Shown here piece after piece: positions 16,237-25,146 of a stretch of DNA of 64,000 nt. Position numbers and translations under genes: made by a program. Source of the DNA: a virus; the IMG/VR virus record IMGVR_UViG_3300045988_159959, one strand, 5' to 3'. Every line of letters begins with the position of its first letter. The first letter of the stretch is position 1. The notes beneath the pieces were generated by a model, which saw nothing but the letters and a program-made list of their open reading frames with translations, had not been told where the DNA came from and did no database searches.

Positions 16237-16279
16237 ATGTGATAAAGAAATAGTAATAACAACATAAACAATAAAGATC

Positions 16280-17086
16280 ATGAAAGCAACGAGAATCAAC
16301 GCAAACCAGGCACAGGAATTAATCAATAACGTAAAGTCTGTTATTCGTTTAGGCGGTTTTGAAACTGGATTAAGAACTAATCTAAATAAGGCAATTTCCT
16401 ATTGCAAAGGCGCATATTCAATGACTTATTCAAGTCCTGAATATTTATTTAAAAAAGAATATCAAATAGAGACAAAAGTACGTTTTACCAACTTTTTGGG
16501 CGAAAGTTATGAAATTTGGTTTGAAGAATCTAAAATCTATACTTTCGAGAACGAAGGCGAAAAATTTCTAATCGTTACCGGTTTGGGCTATTGTAACGTT
16601 TATCAGTTAATCCAAAAAGACGAAAACGAAAGTTTCGACGATCAGCCGGCAATAACTGATAACGGAGATAGTAAAGAAACTTCTATTTCCTACGAAGGCA
16701 AAACGATTAACATTAATTGCTTGCTATCAAATACGAAGGCTTGCGAATGGGATAAAAAATACCCGGAAAGTCACAATCACTATATAGTAACAGTGAGTTA
16801 TGAAGGCAAAAGATTATCTTTTAATTGGTTTGATAGCTTTTATAATTTTCGTTATGGTATCGTTGATAAAAACAGAAAAGAGATGATAGAAATGTTTTAT
16901 TCGTTTTTACAGGATATTATTTACAAAACGAATATTCGGATAAAAAACGACTTTTGTAAAGAAGAGGGAAATGTACCTACTTTATGGAGTGCATTATGCA
17001 AGCATGAAAATAAATATAATAGAGTTTTTGATAACGTAGATATTTACGAACTTGTAAATTATTTGCAAGAAACATTTGAATTATAA
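16280..17086 (+). CDS. hypothetical protein (268 aa)
   Basis: ATG ORF directly downstream of the promoter module. Confidence 0.65.
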   Translation: MKATRINANQAQELINNVKSVIRLGGFETGLRTNLNKAISYCKGAYSMTYSSPEYLFKKEYQIETKVRFTNFLGESYEIWFEESKIYTFENEGEKFLIVTGLGYCNVYQLIQKDENESFDDQPAITDNGDSKETSISYEGKTININCLLSNTKACEWDKKYPESHNHYIVTVSYEGKRLSFNWFDSFYNFRYGIVDKNRKEMIEMFYSFLQDIIYKTNIRIKNDFCKEEGNVPTLWSALCKHENKYNRVFDNVDIYELVNYLQETFEL

Positions 17087-17112
17087 TAACTTGAATATAT
17101 AAAGATAGTGCA

Positions 17113-17325
17113 ATGAAACGCGTATATAAGTGGATAGTTAACGGGCTGGAGTTCTCCAGCCTTCAAAAAGCAAAACAATTTTGCAGGGAAAGCGAAACAG
17201 GTGCAACCGGTATTTATGGAGTTGACAGGAACGGAAATAATGTAACTTTTACACCTATTGAAAATACAAAGCGCGGTATCTCCTTTGGAAAATCCTACAA
17301 AATAAATGTAAACAATACACTTTAA
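17113..17325 (+). CDS. hypothetical protein (70 aa)
   Basis: ATG ORF in the same-strand cassette. Confidence 0.5.
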   Translation: MKRVYKWIVNGLEFSSLQKAKQFCRESETGATGIYGVDRNGNNVTFTPIENTKRGISFGKSYKINVNNTL

Positions 17326-17347
17326 TAAACTGTAAAAGAGCAAAGTT

Positions 17348-17554
17348 ATGAAACTGAAAGTAATACAAACAATATTAGAAGGCTTGAAATTAGTATTTAT
17401 TTCCTTCGTTATCTCTTTGATTTTCTTGTATGTAGATAATAGCAACGTTTTACACGTTATCCTATCCATTCCAATGGTGATTATTTTGTTTTATATTCTG
17501 GTTGAAAAATCATTTATAAGTAACAAACAAAACAAAGAAAAACAATCAAATTAA
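17348..17554 (+). CDS. small membrane protein (68 aa)
   Basis: Two hydrophobic segments. The last 13 codons lie inside copy 2 of the 93-bp repeat. Confidence 0.5.
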   Translation: MKLKVIQTILEGLKLVFISFVISLIFLYVDNSNVLHVILSIPMVIILFYILVEKSFISNKQNKEKQSN

Positions 17555-17607
17555 CCTTTCTTAACTATAAAACCTTTGGTATGTAACATTAAAGTGTTAC
17601 ATTTGTA
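17515..17607 (+). repeat. 93-bp perfect direct repeat, copy 2
   Basis: Identical to 16144-16236. Confidence 0.85.
17582..17605 (+). promoter_or_regulatory. Palindrome plus -7 box
   Basis: TGTAACAttaaagTGTTACATTTG, upstream of the ATG at 17685. Confidence 0.6.
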
Positions 17608-17684
17608 TCAAAGAAAAACAAGTAATAACAGTAACTAAACTAATTAAACAAGGTGCGCAAACCTTGACAAAACGCAATCAAATT

Positions 17685-18650
17685 ATGGCAACTACAGTAA
17701 ATAACAGTAATGAAAGTAAAGTAGTAGTAAATAGTATTGGCTTTTCTGGATCATTTTCTAAGTTCTTCAAAGAGAACACACAAATAGATGATACCTTTTT
17801 TGAAGGCGGTAAAAATTATTTGTTCACCTATTCTATAAAATTAGATGATAATTGTAAAAACGGACATTTAACCTTTAGTTTTACGGGGGAAATCAAAGTT
17901 AAAAAAGGAAATGGAAGGCTTTACGATTATATAAGTGGCGCAATTGCTGATATAATTGTTTATTTTAAGCCGGAACTTGAAAAATTTAACCAGTTGCATA
18001 CTTGCAACCATTTAGGACAATTAATGTATATTGATGATATTAGATACTTCATTAATGAAGGTAAAACTAACAAGCAAATAGCGGAAATGTATAATATTTC
18101 GAATTTGGAAGCTATTGAAACGTTGCGAAATGCTTCCGACAATAAAGAACTATTCTATTACCTTGTTTTCCGCTTGGGTATCGCTGAAACCTGGGAAAAG
18201 CAAGCGAAAGAAGCTATTCGAGAAATGGAAGCAAAAACGGGCTTAACTTTGAAAATTGAAAATAAGGATAAAGTTTACAAGCAATTTGACGCAGAAAAGT
18301 GTAACGACATGGCCTATTTGTTTAAACATGGTTACGCGACAAAAGAAATGAAACAAGCGCGTGAAGAAACTGCAAGAACAAAGAAACGGTTAGAAGAACT
18401 TGCAGAGATTGAAAAAGAGTTTGCCAAAAGTGTAGAAAAAGCAAAAAGAATTTACGAAGTAAAAAAGGCGGTTGTCTCTTTCGGCATAAGTTGGGATAAC
18501 GTTACCCTTTACGATCATAGAAACGAGCTTTGTTTTAATTGGTTAGATTGCTGCAAAAAGGTTCCTTCTGATTTAATCAACGAACTTGTGTGCAGTAACA
18601 CCCTACCAGAAGGAATAGAGGTAACGAACCTGGACAAAGGTAGGGAATAA
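17685..18650 (+). CDS. hypothetical protein (321 aa)
   Basis: The ATG at 17685 (MATTVNNS) is preferred to the TTG track start at 17664. Confidence 0.65.
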   Translation: MATTVNNSNESKVVVNSIGFSGSFSKFFKENTQIDDTFFEGGKNYLFTYSIKLDDNCKNGHLTFSFTGEIKVKKGNGRLYDYISGAIADIIVYFKPELEKFNQLHTCNHLGQLMYIDDIRYFINEGKTNKQIAEMYNISNLEAIETLRNASDNKELFYYLVFRLGIAETWEKQAKEAIREMEAKTGLTLKIENKDKVYKQFDAEKCNDMAYLFKHGYATKEMKQAREETARTKKRLEELAEIEKEFAKSVEKAKRIYEVKKAVVSFGISWDNVTLYDHRNELCFNWLDCCKKVPSDLINELVCSNTLPEGIEVTNLDKGRE

Positions 18651-18731
18651 TGACCCTACCTATTTTATCAATCAATTTATAAAGCATAAACAATTTATTA
18701 ACAATAATATAAACTAATAGGAGATATTAAA

Positions 18732-20771
18732 ATGAAAGCAACTAATAATAACACAGATACTTTATTTATGGAAATTTTTGTTGAATTATTGACAATTGCT
18801 AAAGCATATTTTCAGGAACTTTTTAAAAACGAAAAACCGGGCGTATATACATTAAAGGACATTTATAACTATATAGCAAATTGTGATAGTCTTGAAACAA
18901 AACTAGGGAAAGCGGAAAGATTAACAGAGAGAGAAAAAGAACAAGCGATAAAATACTATACAAAAAGTCCTTACTATTCAAATATTAATCCTACTTTAAT
19001 AAACAGTATGCTATACTTGTGCAAAGTTTCAAATAACATTGTTTTTATTGAAAAAGGCAGTTTCAAATGTAGTTTTGATGTGATCAAAGTATTTGAATAT
19101 CTGGAAAGATTCAAACAGTTGTCGGGTGCAAAAGAAAAATTAGAATTTGTCAAAGAAGAAACTGGAAATAATGAACAAAACGAAAATAATTGTCTTTGCG
19201 CTTTTGACATCGCATTTGACAAGAAAGATAAAACGTTTCTAACTGCAAAAACCAAAAATTCAGCTTATTATTTTTGTAACAATGTTTTGATAGATATAAA
19301 TTTAAGCAAAATATATGCTACTGATTCGTTTATTTGCAAAAGTAGAAATGTGAGAATATCTAATCTTTCCGGTAGTTGGGATAAGCATGTATGTATATCT
19401 TTTAACGTTTTCAAAAAGGTAGTAGGGAAAAGTTGTAGAATTATGGTTGATCGCGACAACAAAGAAGATCAAGTAATTGTAACGATCAAAACAGCTAACG
19501 GTGAAATTTTCGAATGTCGCTACTATGATTTTGACAAGAACGTAAATATAGAGGGCGTTCGTCCTATTTTATACAAGGAATTAAAATTGACGGTTAAGGA
19601 CGGCAAACAGCTTGTAAAGGACTTAAAAACTATATCTAAAGTCTTTGAATTTGTTTCTTTCGAGGCAGAAAAGGGATCAGACCGGCTAAAAGTAAATTAT
19701 ATTACAGAGTTTGGCGCAAGCAACAAAAAAAATAAATACGGAGAGTTTTATGTACAATTGTCTGAACCTTCTAATTTTACATATAGAACGGATAACAAGA
19801 TAGATAGGATCATTTCTTGTTTAAATGATTGGAACGGCGAAATATACATTACAAAAGAAAGCTATTGTAACAAACTTTCTTTTGTCTCTGATAGTTGTGA
19901 TAATTGTTTTATGGTTGCCGGCAGTAAAATGAATTGTTTCGATCAGATCAGAAATAAAGCAGACTATTTCCCGAACCAATTAACGCCTGTTTATTGCGAA
20001 AAAGAAACAAAAGAGCCGGACACAAATATTAAGCCTGTAGGAATTTTGGAAAATCAAAACGACACAAACCTACAGGAAAGCAAAGAAAGTGCCTTAAATG
20101 CGATAGGAATAAGTGAAAATGAGTGGGGAAAGATAGAGTTATCTCTAAAAGATATTTACAATATAGTGTACGAAGACGGAATGATATCTTTTGTCACTAA
20201 AAATAGTAGCAACCTTGTAAGCAAAATTTATATCTGGACTTATACAAAACGTTTGGGGATATATTCAAAAGTAGGCGTTAGTTTGGAAAAGGATATAGAT
20301 ACAAGCATTCCTTTTGTTGAATTTTTAGAGCGGTCTTTGATGGATTTAAAGAGACACGCCACAAATAAAGTATTTTTCTTCATGGAGAAAGAGGGTTATC
20401 GTTGGAAACAACCGAACGCGCAAACATTCCACCTATTCAAGAACGGGAAAGAAAAGACGTTTGAAAATGAGTTTGAAGCATATAACTTTGTTCGAGACAA
20501 AGAGAATAAAAAATACTTTGACTTTAATGTCTCTGACTATACGGACGATATGATAGAAGTAACCGGACTTGACCCGGAAAGCATTACGTCTAAAGTAAAA
20601 CAGGATAGCCCAAAAGAGTTAAAAGTTATACAGGATATAAAGCTATATGATAAAACCGGAAAGATAGTGTTTATTTATGATAATGGAAGTGTAAGCACTG
20701 TAATAGAAACAACTTTCAACGGTGATAGTGTGCTGCAAAGTGTATTACAAAAGATAAACGAAAACATGTAA
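18732..20771 (+). CDS. 679-aa protein with a central DnaN (beta sliding clamp)-like two-domain region
   Basis: AYYFCNNVLIDINLSKIYATDSFICKS aligns by eye with clamp RYYLNGMLFE....VATDGHRLAV. Downstream patterns (..RYYDFDKNVNIEGVRP.., ..CFMVAGSKMN) parallel LVDGRFPDYRRVLP and YVVMPMRL. The N- and C-terminal extensions are unrecognised. Confidence 0.45.
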   Translation: MKATNNNTDTLFMEIFVELLTIAKAYFQELFKNEKPGVYTLKDIYNYIANCDSLETKLGKAERLTEREKEQAIKYYTKSPYYSNINPTLINSMLYLCKVSNNIVFIEKGSFKCSFDVIKVFEYLERFKQLSGAKEKLEFVKEETGNNEQNENNCLCAFDIAFDKKDKTFLTAKTKNSAYYFCNNVLIDINLSKIYATDSFICKSRNVRISNLSGSWDKHVCISFNVFKKVVGKSCRIMVDRDNKEDQVIVTIKTANGEIFECRYYDFDKNVNIEGVRPILYKELKLTVKDGKQLVKDLKTISKVFEFVSFEAEKGSDRLKVNYITEFGASNKKNKYGEFYVQLSEPSNFTYRTDNKIDRIISCLNDWNGEIYITKESYCNKLSFVSDSCDNCFMVAGSKMNCFDQIRNKADYFPNQLTPVYCEKETKEPDTNIKPVGILENQNDTNLQESKESALNAIGISENEWGKIELSLKDIYNIVYEDGMISFVTKNSSNLVSKIYIWTYTKRLGIYSKVGVSLEKDIDTSIPFVEFLERSLMDLKRHATNKVFFFMEKEGYRWKQPNAQTFHLFKNGKEKTFENEFEAYNFVRDKENKKYFDFNVSDYTDDMIEVTGLDPESITSKVKQDSPKELKVIQDIKLYDKTGKIVFIYDNGSVSTVIETTFNGDSVLQSVLQKINENM

Positions 20772-20775
20772 CACT

Positions 20776-21165
20776 ATGATTAGGTTAAATAAATTTCTTT
20801 CCTTGTTTGTCTCTAAAAAGGCAGATAAGGAAAGAGTAAAAGGAAAGAACAGAATGAAGTATTATACAAAAGACAATATCAAGTTTGTGACATGGAAATA
20901 CAACGCTGGCGTACCGTGTTTCTATCTGAACCAATCTGTAGATATTGTAAAGGTACTTCTACTGAACGATTCAAGAAAATTACAAGGTTTTTTCTGTAAA
21001 GGGTATTTTGTAAAGAATATTCTAAAGAAGAACAAGAAGAAATTTTTGCCGGGCAACTTTTATCAGTTCCTTTATAAATTGGTATATGTCGGCTACAAAA
21101 TAGAAAACGGAGAAAGACTGAAAATGTATCAGCTAAAAGAGGTTGCATGTTTTGAAAGTGTTTGA
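20776..21165 (+). CDS. hypothetical basic protein (129 aa)
   Basis: The ATG ORF starts 5 nt after the previous stop. An internal ATG at 20854 is also possible. Confidence 0.5.
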   Translation: MIRLNKFLSLFVSKKADKERVKGKNRMKYYTKDNIKFVTWKYNAGVPCFYLNQSVDIVKVLLLNDSRKLQGFFCKGYFVKNILKKNKKKFLPGNFYQFLYKLVYVGYKIENGERLKMYQLKEVACFESV

Positions 21166-21283
21166 CCCGACAAGAAAAGATTTGTATATCTTTGCTATGT
21201 GTAGAAAATTTTATGTTTGTTATATTATTAGTTTAGCTATCCAATTGGTATTTAGTAGTTTAATTAGTTTATGTTATTATTTT

Positions 21284-21316
21284 GTCCTTACTGGTACGCG
21301 ATGTATAGGTAAGGAC
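21284..21316 (+). terminator. intrinsic terminator-like hairpin
   Basis: GTCCTTAC..17 nt..GTAAGGAC is followed by TTTTGTTTTTG. It ends the 16.2-21.2 kb rightward unit. Confidence 0.5.
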
Positions 21317-21341
21317 TTTTGTTTTTGTCCTTTCTTTAGTG

Positions 21342-21349
21342 TAGCTTTG
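21342..21349 (+). promoter_or_regulatory. -7 box TAGCTTTG
   Basis: Perfect TAnnTTTG match, 30 nt upstream of the ATG at 21380. Confidence 0.4.
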
Positions 21350-21379
21350 CCATATAATAACCATTAAATTTTTGTCAAA

Positions 21380-21550
21380 ATGAAACTACAAAAGTCTGTA
21401 GACAAACCTTCTATAGTTTGCGATAACTGTAGATACAGAGTCGAATGTCCCTATGTGGACAAATCAGAATGTTTTGAATATAACAGTGCACAACTTTCCA
21501 AATCTCAAATAGAGGAATTAAACAATGAAGAAGGGGAAACAACTTACTAA
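21380..21550 (+). CDS. small Cys-rich protein (56 aa, not in the ORF track)
   Basis: Read by hand: MKLQKSVDKPSIVCDNCRYRVECPYVDKSECFEYN.. with 4 Cys. Overlaps the next gene start. Confidence 0.4.
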   Translation: MKLQKSVDKPSIVCDNCRYRVECPYVDKSECFEYNSAQLSKSQIEELNNEEGETTY

Positions 21551-22664
21551 TAAAGATTTACCGGCTATTTCCCAAAAGGACTTTGTGGAAATAATAGAAC
21601 AAGCTCCAGAAGTGATCCAGACCGCTTCCAGTGAACTGAAAAACGCTTTTGTTGCTTTGGAAACGGCGGAAAGGGCTCTCTCTGAATCGTCTTACCGTTT
21701 CTTTGTCTTTGAAGGCAAGGACGGGGAGGAGATTACAGCCGATTTGAAAAGCTATTCTGCGAAGGGTTTTATCCTTCGTCACGGTGGAAAAGAATCGGAC
21801 GTAAAGAAAGCACAACGACATAAAGAAATGTATGTTATGCCTCTCATAGAAGAAATAAAGAGGTGCAAAGAGGCATTCAACGACATTTATCGAAAAGAAA
21901 TGCTTTCTTCCGTCACGCCGGAGATCATGTCCTATATCGTGAAACTGTTTGGGGAGATGAACGGCGTTGATGATGTCCAGAAAATCCTAAAGGAAGAAAA
22001 GAAGATAAAACTTACCCAAAAGGAACTGCAAGCCATCTTCGCCAAAAAGAAAGCGGAAATTGAAAGCAAACGTGCCGTATTTCTTGCTTCATCCAATCAA
22101 TATAAGGTGGCAACGGAAGCCGGTAGGCTACAGATCATAAACACTATCATAATAGACCTACAGCACCGGTATCAAAAATACCTTGCAGAAGAAAAGGAAG
22201 AAAAGGCATTGATATTCGAGCGGGAAATAAGAAACATGCTCGAACAAGCCCGGAAAGAAGTAAAAGGCAATGAACTAAAGCTGACTGTAGACGGGAAAAT
22301 AGACATTGTCGCTACTTTGCACGGGCAGGAAAACGTTTCTCGTGTGTTCCGTACACTTCCCATCAATTCTATTATAATAGGTCTTGTCGCTGCAAAATCC
22401 GGACTTGATCCTACAGTATTGGTGCATCAGCTTGCAACAAGCTACTACAAGGACTTCAACGGTTTCAACAAAACTATTCTGGGTAGGGAAAAGATTATGC
22501 TTCCGGGCGATCTGATCCGTGCAGCCAATTGGGAAGAACTGGAAAAGCAAAACAAGAAGTTCTTAGACGAAATGACGCCTTATGAAGTGCAGGAGGCTAC
22601 TTATATAGATGATGAAAGAAAAGCCTCTGTAAAGGACAGATTAAAGGCTTTACGGCTTAAATAA
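21525..22664 (+). CDS. hypothetical protein (379 aa)
   Basis: Long ATG ORF, helical and charged. No motif recognised. Confidence 0.65.
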   Translation: MKKGKQLTNKDLPAISQKDFVEIIEQAPEVIQTASSELKNAFVALETAERALSESSYRFFVFEGKDGEEITADLKSYSAKGFILRHGGKESDVKKAQRHKEMYVMPLIEEIKRCKEAFNDIYRKEMLSSVTPEIMSYIVKLFGEMNGVDDVQKILKEEKKIKLTQKELQAIFAKKKAEIESKRAVFLASSNQYKVATEAGRLQIINTIIIDLQHRYQKYLAEEKEEKALIFEREIRNMLEQARKEVKGNELKLTVDGKIDIVATLHGQENVSRVFRTLPINSIIIGLVAAKSGLDPTVLVHQLATSYYKDFNGFNKTILGREKIMLPGDLIRAANWEELEKQNKKFLDEMTPYEVQEATYIDDERKASVKDRLKALRLK

Positions 22665-22676
22665 GAAAGGGAGGCT

Positions 22677-23192
22677 ATGACGAACAAGGAAAGAAAGATA
22701 AACCTCTATGTAAAAAGAGTGGAAAGGTTTAACGAGCTTTGCCCCTCCAATGGTTTCCTGTGGGGAAGCACGATCATAAAACCCATCACAAGGCGGAATT
22801 TGAAAATAGCTCTGTCGGAAGAAAAAGAAGAAAGCATAGACCGGAAGATAAAAGGAGTAGAAAAGTTTATAAAGTATCTGGAAGGGGATGCAGGCAGTGA
22901 CGGGAGAAAAAGAATGCTGCCGGAACTGAAAAAGTATCTGGTAAATGTAAAGGATGCGAAAATAAAAATATCCCCATCTATAAAAGTGTTTGTAAATGGG
23001 GATATAAGATCGCGCTTGTCTCTTTTGGAAAAGAAAGACGGAAAATGGACTGTATCGGATTATCGGGGAACAGTATTGAAACTGAAAAACCAAGAATCAG
23101 CCCTTCAAAGGGAAATCTTGTTCAGATTGAAAGCAAAATATGACCGGTCGATCATACCTAATACAAAAACTATTTTCCGGGCTTATTCTTAA
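22677..23192 (+). CDS. hypothetical protein (171 aa)
   Basis: ATG ORF, last gene of the rightward block. Confidence 0.6.
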   Translation: MTNKERKINLYVKRVERFNELCPSNGFLWGSTIIKPITRRNLKIALSEEKEESIDRKIKGVEKFIKYLEGDAGSDGRKRMLPELKKYLVNVKDAKIKISPSIKVFVNGDIRSRLSLLEKKDGKWTVSDYRGTVLKLKNQESALQREILFRLKAKYDRSIIPNTKTIFRAYS

Positions 23193-23344
23193 CCCAGATA
23201 CATCTCTCCATGAAGTTCGGGATATTTGGAATCACGCATAATGTTCCGTACCTTTGTCTTTGTCCAAGCAGGAATAGCATTCTTTACCGGGATGATTACA
23301 GGTTTCTTTTTGGGAGTTTCAACATTCTTCTTTTCGTGAAGCAT
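23189..23344 (-). CDS. small basic ORF (51 aa, not in the track)
   Basis: Read by hand: MLHEKKNVETPKKKPVIIPVKNAIPAWTKTKVRNIMRDSKYPELHGEMYLG. Convergent with 22677..23192. Confidence 0.3.
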   Translation of the reverse strand: MLHEKKNVETPKKKPVIIPVKNAIPAWTKTKVRNIMRDSKYPELHGEMYLG

Positions 23345-23610
23345 TACTATTAGTTTTTAAAGACGAAAGGGCTAAGAACCGATTTTTACAGATTGTGTTC
23401 AAAGCCCTTTCTTGATTAACGTAATTAATTAACAACGAGATTGTTAATGTGCCTACTCTGTTAAGGATTTTCGGCATCCTCCTTTATTAAAAACTTTAGA
23501 TTTATATAGAGGAATATAGAATAGATTTTATTATTTCATGATCTCACCTCCTTTCTTTAATAGGGTTTGCAACTCGATTGACTATGTGAATAATTATACA
23601 GGAAAATCAG

Positions 23611-24048
23611 TTATTCTATTGTGATCCAAATATCTTCCTCTTTGTCTTGCACTTCTTTTAGGATAGAGACAAGTTTTTGCTCATAGGGAGTGGAGTTGAT
23701 AACTTTCCCTTTTACTTTGTTTTCCCCCACAAGGATACATCCGGAACTATCCTTGTCTGTATTCCCTCTGTGGATTCTAATACCTTCAAAATGGGGAACA
23801 TTTAACAATAAGGGTAGTTCTCTTTTAAACCGGGGAGATATGTTCACGACAACTTTATATCGTCCGTAAGGAATAGCGGTTTCGCCAGCTATCTTTGTTT
23901 CTCCATTGTCGAATGTTCCGTTTTTGTTGATGTCCCTTACTTTGTCTTCCAGAGTATCGCAAAAATAAGTGCCATCAATATACATTTTTCCTATTGTGTA
24001 AGGATAATCAATAGGAGTTATTCTTTTCACTTTAATTTCCATAATCAA
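23611..24048 (-). CDS. DUF5675/YkuD-like (L,D-transpeptidase-fold) protein; candidate cell-wall enzyme
   Basis: GIRIHRGNTDKDSSGCILVGEN resembles the His...Ser-x-Gly-Cys catalytic signature of the YkuD fold. Family assignment is from memory. Confidence 0.45.
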   Translation of the reverse strand: MIMEIKVKRITPIDYPYTIGKMYIDGTYFCDTLEDKVRDINKNGTFDNGETKIAGETAIPYGRYKVVVNISPRFKRELPLLLNVPHFEGIRIHRGNTDKDSSGCILVGENKVKGKVINSTPYEQKLVSILKEVQDKEEDIWITIE

Positions 24049-24063
24049 TTGATTTTAAAAAGT

Positions 24064-24351
24064 TTATAGCAAATTAATCATATCGTCTATCGTCACTTCC
24101 TTTAGATTTATACCGGGGTATTCATCTTTGATCAGTTCATCTATGTATTCCACATCTTCAAACCTTTCTTGCTGGATCAAGAGGTTTCTAAGACCGATAA
24201 GGTAGTTAAGTCTTACGGAATCAATTCTTGAATCTATTGCCATGCAATAGTGTTTCAAATTCTTCACTCTCAACCAAAGAACAAATACAGTTCCCAATAG
24301 GAAAACCGTTATTATTCCCAGTAATACAATGCAAATTGTCGAAAATTCCAT
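24064..24351 (-). CDS. single-pass membrane protein (95 aa)
   Basis: N-terminal TM segment ICIVLLGIITVFLLGTVFVLWL, then a charged soluble tail. Confidence 0.55.
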   Translation of the reverse strand: MEFSTICIVLLGIITVFLLGTVFVLWLRVKNLKHYCMAIDSRIDSVRLNYLIGLRNLLIQQERFEDVEYIDELIKDEYPGINLKEVTIDDMINLL

Positions 24352-24356
24352 ATCTT

Positions 24357-24605
24357 TTATCGTTTGTAAGCCATTTTTTCTAACTCCACAGTAGTTATAT
24401 TCTCCGGGATTGTTTTAAGGCGTTTATAACGTCCTCTTTCAATCCGTTCTATAAATCCCGCTCTGTAAAGATAGGTAATAGTTTTCCTAAGTGTACCGTT
24501 AAAGAATAAATTGCATCTCGATACATCGAAAAACTCAAACGGACGATCTATGGAATTGATATGTCTAATAAGTTTTTGAAGTTCTGTTTCTTTCTTTCTG
24601 CTCAT
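24357..24605 (-). CDS. small winged-helix-like DNA-binding protein (82 aa)
   Basis: LRKTITYLYRAGFIERIERGRYKRL resembles a wHTH recognition helix plus wing. Confidence 0.4.
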   Translation of the reverse strand: MSRKKETELQKLIRHINSIDRPFEFFDVSRCNLFFNGTLRKTITYLYRAGFIERIERGRYKRLKTIPENITTVELEKMAYKR

Positions 24606-24713
24606 ATCTTGTTGTTTTTAAATTGTACTTGTGAAAAGTAGGGAAAGCATATCTTCATTAAAGCAAGATTTGGGTGTTTACTATCAACTGGAAATAAACC
24701 TATTCTGTCCATA

Positions 24714-25139
24714 TCAATCTATCTTTAGATACGTTTCTATTTCTGTAAGAGTGACAGATTTAATAACCAGATCGTTAATATCCGGCAGAAAATCAAAATA
24801 CAGTTTTGCCCTTTCAATAGCTTCTGTATCGGAACCTGATTGAACCATCAAAACAGCTTTTTGCATTTTTACTTTTCCTTTAGGCGTTGTTTCTGGATAA
24901 TAGGAAACGACTTTGAAAAATTTCTCTCCCTCTCCTACTACAGAAATAATATCTGTTTCCTTGATAGGAGAAATCCTAAAGTCTTCATTTGTTTCTTTCG
25001 CTCCCCAATCAGTAGTGATCGCTTCTACTTCCGTATAGGTGTAAGCCCTGACAAGAATAGTTCTTTTAACAGGTATTCTTGGCGGTTTAAAACCGTCTGG
25101 ATTGTCTGTCCAGTAATTTATAGTTGATTCGAAATACAT
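24714..25139 (-). CDS. hypothetical protein (141 aa)
   Basis: ATG ORF in the leftward array. Confidence 0.6.
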   Translation of the reverse strand: MYFESTINYWTDNPDGFKPPRIPVKRTILVRAYTYTEVEAITTDWGAKETNEDFRISPIKETDIISVVGEGEKFFKVVSYYPETTPKGKVKMQKAVLMVQSGSDTEAIERAKLYFDFLPDINDLVIKSVTLTEIETYLKID

Positions 25140-25146
25140 ACTGTCA

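Noticed and set aside
13393-16279. A CRISPR array or tRNA cluster in the ORF-free island.
   Set aside because: The repeats are long (57-190 bp), diverged, irregularly spaced and partly inverted. There is no series of short identical repeats with unique spacers. No GGTTCGAATCC-type T-arm or cloverleaf was found by eye, and there are no cas genes in the window.
23363-23411. The hairpin GAAAGGGCT..31 nt..AGCCCTTTC between the convergent blocks as a bidirectional terminator.
   Set aside because: The loop is long and T-tracts are weak on both sides. It was left unannotated, because the small ORF 23189..23344 may also be transcribed through it.
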